Source: Isurus oxyrinchus
Lineage: Eukaryota
Assembly (NCBI GenBank): GCA_026770705.1
Contig: JANJGN010000035.1
Coordinates: 7,750,001 to 7,814,000, forward strand
Direction: 5' to 3'
Length of the DNA: 64,000 bases
The notes under the pieces are model-generated. The model saw nothing but the letters and a program-made list of their open reading frames with translations. It did not search any database and was not told the origin of the DNA. This document shows positions 14,060 to 27,329 of the stretch, piece after piece (within the stretch, counting starts at the first letter, position 1; the number at the start of each line of letters is the position of its first letter). A program made the translations under genes and the position numbers.

Positions 14060-17000
14060 AACATAGGTACAAAGGAAGGGGCAGGAGTAGGCCTATCGGC
14101 TTTCGGGCCTGCTCCACGTACATCATTATCATTGAAGATTTTGCGACTCTATAGGCTGCTGCCACTTTACCCACAATTCCTTTCAGCTTTGCTGTGCCAA
14201 GAGCTAAGTCTAACTTATTCTGTCAAGCATGCAATGCTTTAGCCTCAAATACATTCTACGGTGGCCAATTCCACAGACTCAACACATTCTGGGTGAATAA
14301 TTTTCTCCTTATGTCAGTCCTAAATTGTCAGATTGTGATCCATGGTGCTTTACTCCCCCAACAAAGTGAACATCCTTCCGGCATGTACCCTCTCTAGCCT
14401 TCTTAGGATTTTATCAATTTCAATGACATCCCCCAACATATTTCAGAGCTCCACAGAATATAATCCCAACTGTCTCAATAATTCCTCATATTTAAGTCCC
14501 GCCATCCCAGGAGACAGTCTGGTACACCTACGCTGCAGACCCTCAATTGGAAGAATAACTTTTCTCATATAAGGAGACCAAAAATGCACACGCAATTCCT
14601 GGAGTGGTCTCACCAATGTCCTGAAAATTGCAGCAAGACATCGCTGCTCTTGTACTCGAATCCTTTGGTTATTAGGGCCATCATAGCATTTGCCTTCTCT
14701 AACACCTGCTTCTCCTGCATGCTTACCATCAGCGACTGGTGTAAGTGCACACCAAGGTTGCGTTGCACATTCCCCTCTCTCATTTAGAGCCCTTCAGATA
14801 ATAATCTACCTTCTTGTTTTTGCTGCCAAGGTGGATAAGCCCACATGTATGCACATTATACTGCACGTGCCATGCATTGCACAATAACTCAGGTATTCCA
14901 AATCACACTGAAACATTTCTCCGTTCTCCTCACAGCTCACCATCACACCCAGCTTTGTGTAATCTGCCGATTTGGAGATAAAGCATTTAGTTCTGTTAGC
15001 TAAATCATTAATATATATTCTGAATATCTGGGATCCCAGCGCAGTTCCCTGCTGTGCCCAACGAGTCACTGCCCGCCATTCAAAAAATTACCGGTCCATT
15101 CCTAGACTTTGTTTTCTGCCTGCCAATCAGTATTCCATTATTCTCAATACACTACCCTCAATGCATTGCGAATAATACTTTAGAAGCTAATCTGTGATGT
15201 GGGAATTTGTTGAAAGCCTTTTGAAAGTCTAAATAATGAGGCTCCACTGGCTTGCCCTCATCCAGCCTTCTAGTTACATCATCAAAAATATCATTTTAGA
15301 TATGTCATTCTACCACTTTATTCAAAGGGCCAAACAATTAAGTATCTTAAAATGGACTTTGGATATTTCTGCACTACAGACGCCATGCTGACTGGTCTAT
15401 AATTCCCTGTTTTCTCTGTTCCTCCCTTTTTTTAAATAGTAGGGTTACATTAGCTACCTTCCAATATGCAAGAACATCCAGAGACTACAGAATCTCAAAA
15501 GGCGACGCACTCTGGGATATACATTATCTGCTCCTGGTGATTTTTCGGCCTTCAAAGAGATCAATTTCCCCAACGCCATTTCCCTACTAATACTGACTAC
15601 TTTCACTTCCTGCCGCTCAATAAACAGTGTTTCCCAACAGTTCTGCTGTAATATTTGAGTCCTCCATTGTCAAATCTGTTGCATAGTATGTATTTAGTAC
15701 TTTCGCCAAGACTGTAGTCTCCATTATAAATTACCTATGTTCGAAGGTTAGGGAACTACATTAGTCTTCACCAGTCTTTTAGTCTTCACATACCTATAGA
15801 AACGCCTACAGTCAATTTTCATGTTCTCTGCAATCTTACCTTTGCACGTTATTTTCACGTTCTTAATAAATCTCTTGGTCCTCCTTTGCTCATCTCCATT
15901 CTGCTGACAATCCTGCTGATTTTTTTTCTGGCAATTTCTTTGCCCATTTCCTCACATCTAGCACTATCTCTAGTTTCCCTTTAAGCCATGTTATGGCTAG
16001 CTTTCCTCTTTATTTATTCGCTAAATGGGAGTAAGCATTTTTTGCACTTCACCCGTGCACTTTTTGCAAGTTTGCCATCGCCTAACCACCGCCATCCATT
16101 TAAGTAACGTCACCAAATCCATCATAGCCATTCACGATGTGCACAATCATACTTCCCTGTGTTAAATTCTGGACCCTAGCCTCAGTGTCAACTACATCAA
16201 TATCCATCTTGTTGAAATCGATCAGATTATCAGCTGTCATCCCTAAAGGTCCTCGCACAACTAGTTTGCCAATTACTCATTTCTCCTTACACAATGACGT
16301 GTATAGGATGGCCAGTTCCTCATTTGGTTCCTCAAGGTGTTGGCCCCGAAAAGCATCCCGTACGCATTCCAGGAATTCCCCCTGTACGGGTATTGTTGCT
16401 AATTTGGTTTGCCCAATTCAAATGCAGATTTTGGTCACCCATAATTATAGATCTTCATTTATTGCATGCATATCTACCGTCCTGTTTAGTGCCATAGCCA
16501 TCATTAGCAATGCAGTTTCTGGTTCTATATAGAACCCTGAAGAATGTTTTTTGTTCCTTCGCGTTTCTCAGCTTTACCCATACAGATTCCACATTTTTGG
16601 AGTTAATAACTTTCCTCACGCATGGTTAATTTCTCATTAACACGCCAAGCAACGCCACCACTTTTTTTTTACTTCCCTATACACTGAATTCGCCTGTTGT
16701 TCAGCCCCTACTTCTGGTCACCCTGCAATGATGTCCCCTAATTCCGGCTGTAACATACTGGTTTACATCTAATTGCACTATCAAGTCATCCACTTCATGG
16801 TGAATGTTCCTCGCGTTAAGCATGTAGCCTTAAGGCGTGTTATTTAAAAATTATTTGTCCGGTTCCCACTATTTATCACTAAATACCTGTTGCCCTATAT
16901 TTCTCTGCATATTACTTTCTTTAAATTCCACTTTTTTTATTTTGCTCTAGTCCTTGATTCCAACTCCTCTGATTCCTTGCATAGGTCCCCATGCCTCTGT

Positions 17001-19352
17001 CAGTTTGCTTTAATCTCCTTCAGTCACTCAAGCAAATATTCCCCATAGGGCATTGGTCCCAGTCCTGCCTAGGTATAACCCATTAGGTTTTAGTTATCCC
17101 ACCTCCTTCAAAACCGGTCTCAATTTGCCTGGAATCTGAAATCCTCTCCATTAATCCAACCCTTCAGCCACGAACGCATCTGATATATCGTGCTATTTCT
17201 ACTCTGAGTATCACGTGGCACATCCAGAGATGACTACTTCGAGTTCAAAATTTTTATCACTTTCTCTAACTCCCTATATTTTGCTTTTAGGCCTCATCCC
17301 CTTTTCACCTTTTACCAATACGCACCAAGGCTACCGGCTCTTCTTCCTCCAGCTTCAGGATGTCCTCTAGTCGCTCTGAGGCATAATTGACCCAAGCAAC
17401 ATGTAGGAAGAATAACATCCTGGAGGCTCGGCTGTGGCCTCCATAAGGGCTATATATTCCCTAACAATTAAATCCTTTATAACTATTGCATTCCCAAACT
17501 TTTTATTCCTCTCTTGTGCCGCAGAGCCAACGGTGCTGCAACGAGTTTGGTTGTGGTTGCTTTCCCCTGAGAGGACATTCCCCTCCACCTAATCCAATGT
17601 GTTTTATAAATTATATATAAATATTCGCAGGGGAACACCCAAAGGAGATGTCTGCACTGCTTGACTAGCCCTCTATTTCTGCCTGGGTGTCACCCATTTC
17701 CTCCTGCACTGGACACTTTGGCTGCGGTGTGACCACCTTTCTATAGGTGCTTTCCACGGTACTCTCCGCCTCTCAGATGTCCAGCCTTGTTCCCAGATGA
17801 CGCCACAGCTCAGAAATCCGGTCTTCCAGGTGCTGCAGTCGTTGACACTTCCCATCACATGCTGGCTCTGGGCACTGGTATTTTTGGCTTCCGACTTAGA
17901 GCAGGAGATGCACACGATGTATTTGGGCTCTTAATATTTTAAAATAAGTTGCAGGCTTTCCGAAACAATTAATTTGAAATAATATCAATTAATCTCGAGC
18001 TCTTCTTCCCTGCTCCTCGTTGTTACAGAATATCGCCCTTACAAAGGAACACAAAATAACTACAACAAAACTATCACCGATAAAATTAGGGAGAAGATTG
18101 GCTGTCTAGCAGGAGGCAGAGAGTGGGGGTATAGGGGTCCCTCTTGGGATGGCAGCCAGTGTCTAGTGGAGTTCTGCAGAGGTCAGTTTTGGGACCACAA
18201 CTTTTCTCTATATATGTTCATTACCTAGAGAAATAACGGAGTGCATTACGGCTAAGTTTGCAGATGATACAAAGGTAGGTCTAGGGACAGGTAGTATTGA
18301 GGAGCCAGGGAGGCTACAGAAGGATTTGGACAGCTGAACAGAATGCACAAAGAAGTGGCAGATGGAATAAAACGTTGGCAAACGTGAGATCATGCGCTTC
18401 ATTAGGAAGAATAGATGCATTGACTATTTCCCAAATTGGGAGAGAATTCAGAAATCTGGAGTGCAAAGGGACTTGGGAGTCCTCGTCCTAAATTCTCTTA
18501 AGGTTAACGTGCAGGTTGAGTCCGTAGTTAGGAAGGCAAATGCAATGTTGGCATTTATTTCCAGAGGAATAGTATATCAAAGCAGGAATGTGCTGCTGAG
18601 GTTTTAAAAGGTTTTGGTCGACCACATTTAGAATATTGTTTGCAATTATGGGCACCATATCTCAAGAAGGATGTTCTGGCCCTGGAGAGGATCCAGAGGA
18701 GGTGCACGAGAATGATCCCAGGAATTACAGGCTTAACATATGAGGAATGTTTGTGGAATCTGGGTCTATACTCGATGGAGTTTAGAAGGATGAGGGGGGA
18801 TCTGATTGAAACTTACAGAATACTTAGAGGCCTGGATAGATTGGACGTGGGGCAGAAGATTCCATTAGTGGGAGAGAACAGGAATCAAGGGCACAGTCTC
18901 AGAGTAAAGGGAATACTTTTAGAACAGTGATGAGGAGAACCTTTTTCAGCCAGAGAGTGGCGATACTATGGAATTCATTGCCACATAAGTCTGTGCATGC
19001 CAGGTCACTGATTGTCTTTAAGACAAAGATAGATAAGTTCTTGATTAGTAAGTTGTGCAAAGTTTATGGGGAGAAGGCGGGAGAATTGGATTGAGAATCT
19101 TAACAGCCATAATTGCATGAGGAACAGATTCGAAGTGCCAGATGGCCTAATTTCTTCTCCCATGTCTTATGTTCTTATGGTCTTATAGTCAATACTTAAC
19201 CAATCGTAATCACGGTACTCAATGATCACATCATTCTCTCATCACGGAACTCACGAAGCAGCACTCCAGTGCAAGCAGTGATGCTGACTGCAGGACACTC
19301 TTCCCACACTGTTTCACAGCGAAACTGACAGCAGGAAACTCTTCCCACTCAA
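14060..19352 (-). mobile_element. Near full-length inactive CR1 LINE (5'UTR, ORF1 zinc finger/esterase, ORF2 EN-RT with internal deletion)
   Basis: Minus ORFs give CISCS..HV (ORF1 zinc finger), GSAAQ..KFGNAIVIKDLIVR (SGNH esterase GDS-like) and QQGTALGSQIFRIYINDL..ISKSADYTKLG (RT). CR1 3' tail at ~14060-14130. Repeated CTCTTCCCAC 5' end at 19298-19350. Confidence 0.88.
18090..19187 (+). mobile_element. 5'-truncated CR1 LINE nested in the 5'UTR of the preceding element
   Basis: KFADDTKVG, RDLGVLV..SLKV, QLWAPYLKKDVLALERIQRR..RRMRGDLIETY. Ends in the repeat tail TCTTATGTTCTTATGGTCTTAT. Confidence 0.93.
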
Positions 19353-20149
19353 ACTAATATCTTTTCAATAACGCAAGAAGTCTTAATTTGCGATTAATGT
19401 CCTTGAAATTTTGCACTATATGGCACATTCCTTTTTTCAGGCCCTTGCCCTTATTTTGCTTGATTGAATTGGCAACATTCCCGTTTGATTCTGATTGGTT
19501 AGATGCAGTCCGAAACATGCAGTGCATTGCATTGTAAGGAATTTCAATGTTATATGACGTATAAATAGGTTAATCATACCGGAGGGCGATTATATCAAAG
19601 TTATATAGTTGTTGGAGTAGAAAAATCAATGATGGTACACCAGCCAACCGGACAGAACACTTAGAAAAATTGCGAAATATGCAAGCACCTCAGTAACTTG
19701 ACATTTCCTTTTTTTAATGAATTATTTCTTAAAGGACAAGTGAATCTTTAGTTCTGCTTCCAATGTCTTTCCAGTTATTTTAACTCCGATGTATTCTTTC
19801 TCATTAGATCCCAGAGCATATATTGCTGGGAATACAAGAATACAGTTGACAGGTGCTCAGACTTACGTTTCCAATGACGTGCAAAAACATCATATTGGTA
19901 ATCAATTTCAAACCAGCGAGGAACCTACGGATAACTTCAGGGCAGAACGTCTTCAAGAAACTATATCTAGTCAAACAGAAAAAAAAAGTTGTTCTCGGTA
20001 TGCAATGGACAGTTAACTACGATCGAGTTGGTTGGAAGCCAATTATTTGACTATGCTCAGTTTATGCAGTGCTCTTAATGGTACACGAGCATACCTGTGA
20101 ATTCAACTGTGTTAACGTGCTGCTCAAACTTTAACTTTAAGAGGCTGCT

Positions 20150-22750
20150 TTTCCAACAGTGTTTTGCACATTACTTTCTAAACTGGAAATGGAATTATTC
20201 CAATCACAATATCTGGTCGATTTAGTGCTACTGATCTACAGCCTCTCCACTTCTCCGTCTATGACGCGCCTATACATAAACTCACTGTGGTTCAGGAATA
20301 TTCACTGCAGGGAAATCCATTCAGTCATCCCCGTATTCTCTGTCAAATTGGCCATGCAAATATATTTTGCCCAAGAGCTATCATGTTTTTTCCTCAAGCT
20401 ATTGATTGCATTGGTTTCCATGTCTGTTGTTGTGAACATTTTTCAATTTATGACATATTGCAGCACAGCAAACGTTTGTCCTCAAATTATTCCGGTATTT
20501 CTTATTTTGAAATTTAAATCAATTTATCCCTGATTTTCTAGCAGTAGCACGTGAGCATCAAGAAATATTTACTTATCCTATCGAAAATTGTATTCATCAT
20601 ATGTGTTTCTAATCTACCCCCAGTATCCTTTACTCCACTGAAAATAATCACGGCTCCTCCAAGTAACTTTTTAACTTTGTGACCAGCAAACACCGCCTCT
20701 GGAACAGATCGTATTTTTACTCTGCTCCTTTTAAAGAATCTTCACATCATTTTAAAATGTCGTTGCCAACTGGACGCAGTTAACTAATTGGAGGCAACGC
20801 AGAACTTCCATGCTTTTAATGAAATGTTCAAAGTTTTTGTACACAATGTGCCAATCTATTAAGCACTACATTACCATGTGGTTAATTAAGTAGTCTCTTA
20901 GTTAGTCTTGCGAACCTCAATGTCATGCAGCTATACTACTGTACCACTTTGCCTGTGAATAAGTTTTAAAATGGTTTAATTTTTTTTCCCTCCTTAGCAC
21001 TCTTCACAAATGGCATCACCTCAAAATTTACATTATTATGTTTCATCTGCCGCATCTCTTCTGTTTCTCAGTACTGCTGCAATTGTTTCTTTATGCACTA
21101 CAACTGCAACATCACGTTAAAATCACCTCTATGTTTGTAACTGGCATTCCAATTCGGGGCTCTATATCAAATATTCTTTCTGAAATTAATATGGACAATT
21201 CTTTACCAAGAGATTGGGTTTTGCTTATAAGCCTTTAACGTGGAATCAAATAATCAATTAGATTAACTCATCATTTTGGTGTTTGTAAATTTGTGCTCAA
21301 ACCACTTAATGAATTGAAACCTCTTGCCAGAGTACGTGACTTTAACCCTGATTACACTGTTTAAACCGGTCAAACCACTGATGATAAACGAAATAATTCA
21401 TTGCTGTTAGAAATGATGACACAAATATCCGTGTAGGAGTTAATAAAACGTGACACGTTCCACTTGCATGTAATGCATATTTTATGAAAACTTTAAACAT
21501 GTTATAGTTCTCTATCATTAGACTGCTAGACACAATGAACAACTGACTTATATACTCTAAGCAGAGATGAACATTACAGAACATTTGTTTTCTTTCAAAA
21601 TCCATACGATCCATTCCCACAACTATTTCCACTTCTGAAGACATAAATTTCAAAGACTATTTCCAAAGAAACGCCAATGTAATATTATAATTATATAATC
21701 TAATCTTGTGCTGTAAATCCATTCACATTTATTCTCTTTTCCCTCTCAGCACCTGCCTCAGATTCTTCCAACCTGCTGTAATTTGCATATTGTGAGAACA
21801 TTTGTTTATTTCGTTCCCCTTCATGCTAAATGTCGTTCAGCTTGTAGAATATCTGTACTGATTGGTTTATCATGCCGTTCAGTTCCTCGCTCACCTTTAA
21901 CATTTTGCCTCGTAACCATTTTCAAAAATATTGTGAAATGCATTGTATGTACTTTTTTAATGGAATGATGCATCCGGTACACTTTGAAACAGGAACATTT
22001 TTTCAATGTTACTCGGGGCAGATTGCTCTACACCCCAGATAAGTATTAGTCTTTCATCGTAAAAAGTCAAATTTTAATTGCACGTTCTTATTCTCCATTA
22101 ATTTTCTTACACTAGTAATACGACTGCCACTGTTACCGAAAGGATTTGCCAACTTTGCCTCGTTCAAAATTGTTCTCCTCTTTCCCGAGAAGCAGCAGCT
22201 GTGGCAATAAATGTTTCCTAGTTGGAACAAGAACGCATTGATCAAGGAAATTAATACTAACACGTGGTAATTTTTTCTATAGTTTTAAACTTCTTTTCAT
22301 ACGTGTCTTACAGAAAGATCTAGCGCATAATAAATGACGTGATGTTAAATACATCGTTTTTTTCTCTCGATCGGGCCGCATATGCATTCTTTGTAGGCTG
22401 TAAAAAATGTAAAAAAGGCAACATTTAGCGCAGTCCAATCAAATAATTCACAGGAATTAGGATACACACAATGGCCAGTATGGAACCCAAGTCATTTGTT
22501 CTTGACCCAAAAACACAATTTGTCAGAATACTGCAAAAAGGCATTTTTACTATGCACTATGACTCTGTCACAAATCATAACTCTTAAATTGTATCTCCAA
22601 CATGGCGTTCAGGAGTTAGTACACATTCAACTTTACTCCATTTTTTTAACGGCATTTCCTTTCACTTCTGAGCAGCTTGCTTTTGGCTATGGTTTTAGCG
22701 GCCATGGTACTTTGAGTTTCATTTTAATTCGACAAATTGCATTAATCTGC
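20150..22750 (-). mobile_element. Heavily decayed CR1 ORF2 (module B, unit 3)
   Basis: Collinear with 25020-27300 (GAAATCCATTCAGT at 20313/25183) and with the inverted copy at 8560-9500. Confidence 0.65.
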
Positions 22751-22799
22751 CAGCGTTTGTATCTCCTTAATTTTAACATTTTGTGCACATCCTTAAATC

Positions 22800-24000
22800 A
22801 CTCTGATCACTTTGAAGCCTCTGCGATTGACTTCCATGGAGAAAGGTATGAAATAATAGCCACTCTTTATAAACCACTTCCCCGGAAAGCAGAGAGACTT
22901 TTGAAAGCGAATTTTAGCCGTTTAGGAACTTTGCCATTACATTTCAAGGAAATATTTTTATCAATGATTTTGTTGTAATGATTGATATGAATGGTATTAT
23001 AATGAAATTCGGGGCTATTTGTATTTACGTTCTTTATCATGCCTCCTGCCTGTGGAGCTTCTAAGTCATTTTGCTAGGTCTCTGGGGGGCCTTAATGACC
23101 ATGCTGACCAATTGAGAATCCATTCTCAATGAGTGTGCTTTAAACTTGCGACAATCATGATCAAGACGTGAATAGTCCACCAAAAAAAAATGCCCCATAT
23201 GCATATCAGTGATGTCAGCAGAGCCAAGACACCACGGATGAAGCTCCAGAAAAAAAAAACTGCAGTAAAAGAGGGCGGACACTGTTGAAGGAATCTGGCC
23301 CGTTTCCAATGAGATTACATTTCCTTTGAACTGATAAACACACCAGTACGGATAAACAATGCATCAAACATCAGCTGGTATCTTCAATCTTGTCTGGTTT
23401 TGTTGCTATTTTTGGCTCGACTGAGCAGTTTAATTGTTTTCAGCCCCGGTGAGGTAGAGCATGTTATACATGTTGAGAAAGGTTCAGATCTGGAGCCTAG
23501 ACACCGTGACAAAGCTTACATTCAATTATGGCTGAACCAGATCTTAAGCCATTGCTTTGTCCACCTAACAGCCTATTGTATCAGGTTGCCTGATAGTCAT
23601 CATCCATTTGGTAGCTTTAGATTAGGCTTATTCTGAAAATGGCCACATGGCTACATTATTTTCGCAATATGAAGATTGAAAAGCCGAGCACAGGATGGCA
23701 TTCATCATGTGGCACCAAGTTTAATCCCTCCAATGTTGGTCTGGTCCATCTGATGCTCCTCTCTGGTTCTTCCAATACTTGGTGGTTTCGCACTTCCACC
23801 TGAACTAATTCACCGCTTGGTGCGTGTAATCTGCAACATGTCCTCACTCGTTTATCACCATTCTTCCAAATCACGCTGGCCACACGCAGTTCTCCCTTAC
23901 GAGAGTGACATTCAAACAATTGAAAGCAAAATTAACATGCAAATGCTCATAAGTTAATTAGTCCACGAACATATTAAACGAGGATCACCTATTTCGGCCT
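22800..24000. repeat. Module C, copy 3
   Basis: GACTTCCATGG, GAGATTACATTTCCTTTGAAC, CCATTGCTTT, ATGGCCACATGG.TACATT. Confidence 0.8.
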
Positions 24001-25019
24001 TTACTCAGCTACTCACTTTCTAACGCAGGAGATATCAAATGTCGTTGTTTAAATTGAAAATCGCTTTTTTTTTGTTTGATTGTCATACAGCCATGGCTTT
24101 TAGCAAACTAGCTTTGTCGAATGTTCCTCACAAATATTGCAGTGGTGGCCGCATTAATTTGATTTTTAAAAATATGGTATAAAATAATATACTTATTTTC
24201 TTCAGACCACATTTCAAATTACCTCAACAAAACATCATTTCAGTTCATTGTCTTGAACTGTTGCACTATCTGACACACAACATTGTTCGGGCGCTGTACT
24301 TATACTGTCTGATTGTCTTTGTAAACTTCGTCCTCCCCGGCATTAATGATCTGTTAGATGCAGTAACTAATCTGCCGATCAATCTATTACAAGTAAACCA
24401 GTTTTAAATGACAGGTATGTACGGAAAATACAAACAAACAGGCGATTACATCAGTGATATATGGATTGTTGGACAGTTAAATTCGGAAAGAGTAGGCGAG
24501 CCAAATAGACAAGCAGCATGGACAAATCGTGAAATTAGCATGCACGTTTGTCATTTGACTTTCCCTCTCCTTGTTCTGCTTAAGTTGATATAGGGCAAGT
24601 GCACTACTAGTTGGGTTTCAAATATCTTGTCAGCTACTGTAATAACTCGGATGTTTTTGCTCTAATTCTATTCCAAAATGGAAGATCATAGATGAAGTAA
24701 AAGACTTGATTTGACAGGCGCTCCGTCTCCTCGATTCAACTATGCAAAATTACATCATAAGTGTAATCAAGTTCAAGTAAGAGAGGAGCCTGCGGACAGC
24801 ATAAGTGCAGAAGAGCTTGAAAAGGGACTATCCTGTCAAATACAAAATGAGGTATTTTGGATATGCAGTAGATATTTAACAACGATCGAACTGGCGAGGG
24901 GTCTAATATTTAACTGCTCCACGTTTTTGCGATTTGTACTTAAGAGTTGTTGATACTTGTAAATTTAACTTCAACCTTAGTCTCAAGTGCCACCCAAATA
25001 TCAAGTTTAAGTGGTAGCT

Positions 25020-27300
25020 TTCACCAGAATCTTTTGGGCCATCACTCCGTGAACTGCAATTTGAATTACTCCAATGATATAATTTGAACAATTTAGTATT
25101 TGTGATCCACAGCTCCTGTACTTTTCTTTCCATAAATCCTATACAAATAGCCTCATTGCAGTGCCGAATGTCACTCGGCAGAGAAATCCATTCAGTACTC
25201 CAGTTATGCTCCAACAAGTTGGCCCAGCAAATTTATTCACATCAAGCGCTATCCCAGTTCCTACTGAAATTACTAATCACCAAATTTCCCAACATCCTCG
25301 TTGTCAGCGCTTTTAAGCTTATGACGAATTGCAGAATAATAATTTTTTTATCCACATTGTTCAGCCATTTCTTGAGGAGAGCTTTAAACCTGGTAACCAT
25401 AGTCGTTCTAAAAACAGTTAATGAGATTCACGTTTTAATTAACTTCTTGATCTCAGCTGAAACAGCAGGCGTCACACATGTCTCTTATTACCCTTGAACA
25501 TGTTTACGCCGACGAGGAGAACCCCAGCTTCTCGAACTTAATTGTGGAACTATATTCCGCCGCCCCTGGAACAAATCGTAATTTCCCTACACAGCCTTTC
25601 AAAAGTCTTCACGCACCTCCTAAAATTTATTGGTCTGAACTGGACGCACTAAACTACTTGGAGTCTAATCTGGCCTTTCTTGGGGTCAGGAATACTTCAA
25701 TGATTTTGTAAACAACGTGGCTATTTATGAAGCGCTAAATTTTCATATCGTTTGCTAATTGCTCCTCAATAAATGCTGCCAACTTCAACAACATGCATCG
25801 AAACTAGCGGACCCCTTTTCCCCTTTACAATTTGTAAACACGCACAATATATTTACTCTCCCTATTATTGTTGCCAAAATGCATCATCTCGCAAATCTCA
25901 GTATTTAATTTCATCTGCTTCATGTCTTCTGTTTCTGATTGGCTCAATCATTTTTGCGATTCTGTCTCTGCACTACAATGCAACATTACTTTAAAAACAA
26001 TTGTTTTATTCAATCATGCTTTCCAGCACAAGCTTCGATATCAAATATTCTTACTCCACATGATATTGACAATTCTTTATTACGAGCTTCGATATTTTTA
26101 TTAGACTTAAATGTGGTGTCAAGTAATCAATTAGAATAACTAATCACACTGGCCTTTATAAATCCATGTTCAAAAGTCTTAGTTAACTGAACACCCCCCT
26201 CCCCGCGCCGCCCCCGGAGGTTGTTAACTTTATTTCTTAATGATATTATTGTAATGTTCACGCCACCAATGTTAAAGCAAATAATTTGTTGCGACAAGAA
26301 ATAGTGATACAAAGATTTGCAAAGAATTTAATAATGGGTGGTGTGCTTAGAGTGCATATTTTAGTGTCAATAACTAGACTACGAGGCTACATGAACAGGA
26401 GATTTATTTACTTATTTAATCGCCACATAGCTAGGCATTCTAGGACTTTTCGTTAATGTTAATATAAGCCTTTCTGACAACCATCTCCAATTCTGAAGAT
26501 ATTCTTTTCAAACATTTGTTTCCGAACTAAACACCGGTAAAATATACTAATTTTAGCTTCTAACCTTGTTCCCTTCCTCCATCCATTTGGATTATTTTTC
26601 TTTCCAAACACCGTCCTTCCAACCTGCTGATTATTTGTGTGTTGTGAGAACAGTTTCTTTTTTTCGTTGCATTTCATGTTATGTGTCATCCGACTCGTAT
26701 ATTACATCTACATATTATTTTATCAGACCCTTCACTTCCACTCTGAAATTTTGCATTTGACCTGGATTGCATTGGTCAATGTTCAGAGGAACATATCTTA
26801 GTGATTCGTCATACCACTGAGACCTCTTTAACATGTGTTTTATAGGAATACCTAAAATATATTTGGCGATATACAGTTAAAGGAAAATATGCTTTTATAT
26901 TTCAGGCCACGTCAGTATTCATTGTGGGCTGTAATGATGAATAGAAAGCCAATTTCCCAGCGTAGTTCATTCAATTACATGTCCTGGATTAGAATACAGG
27001 CAATAATTGGTGTACAATCCAAGCATTTTGTTCATGTCACGAACAAGTAATGTATCCCATTCCTCCAAAAATAGAGTAAAACTTACCTTGAGTTGTAACT
27101 TTATCTATATTCAGAAATTTTGCACCTTATATCCAACATATTGTTTAAGAGCTATTGCGCTTTCAAATTTACTTAACTGTTTAACCCCACTTAGTTTCCT
27201 TTCTCACCAACTAGTTTTTGTCTATGCAATTTAGTTTCATGGATGTTTTACATACATATTTTGTCTGACGACTTTACCTAATGTCCCTGATGTCATCTCC
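25020..27300 (-). mobile_element. Heavily decayed CR1 ORF2 (module B, unit 4)
   Basis: Collinear with module B of units 1 and 3 (AACTGGACGCA, CACTACAA.TGCAACAT). Confidence 0.65.
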
Positions 27301-27329
27301 CCCGGGATTTACTTTGATTCATTGTCACT

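Noticed and set aside
20159-25497. Long plus-strand ORFs at 20159-20533, 22496-22978 and 25084-25497
   Set aside because: Mostly antisense to decayed CR1 sequence, and not open in the sister units.
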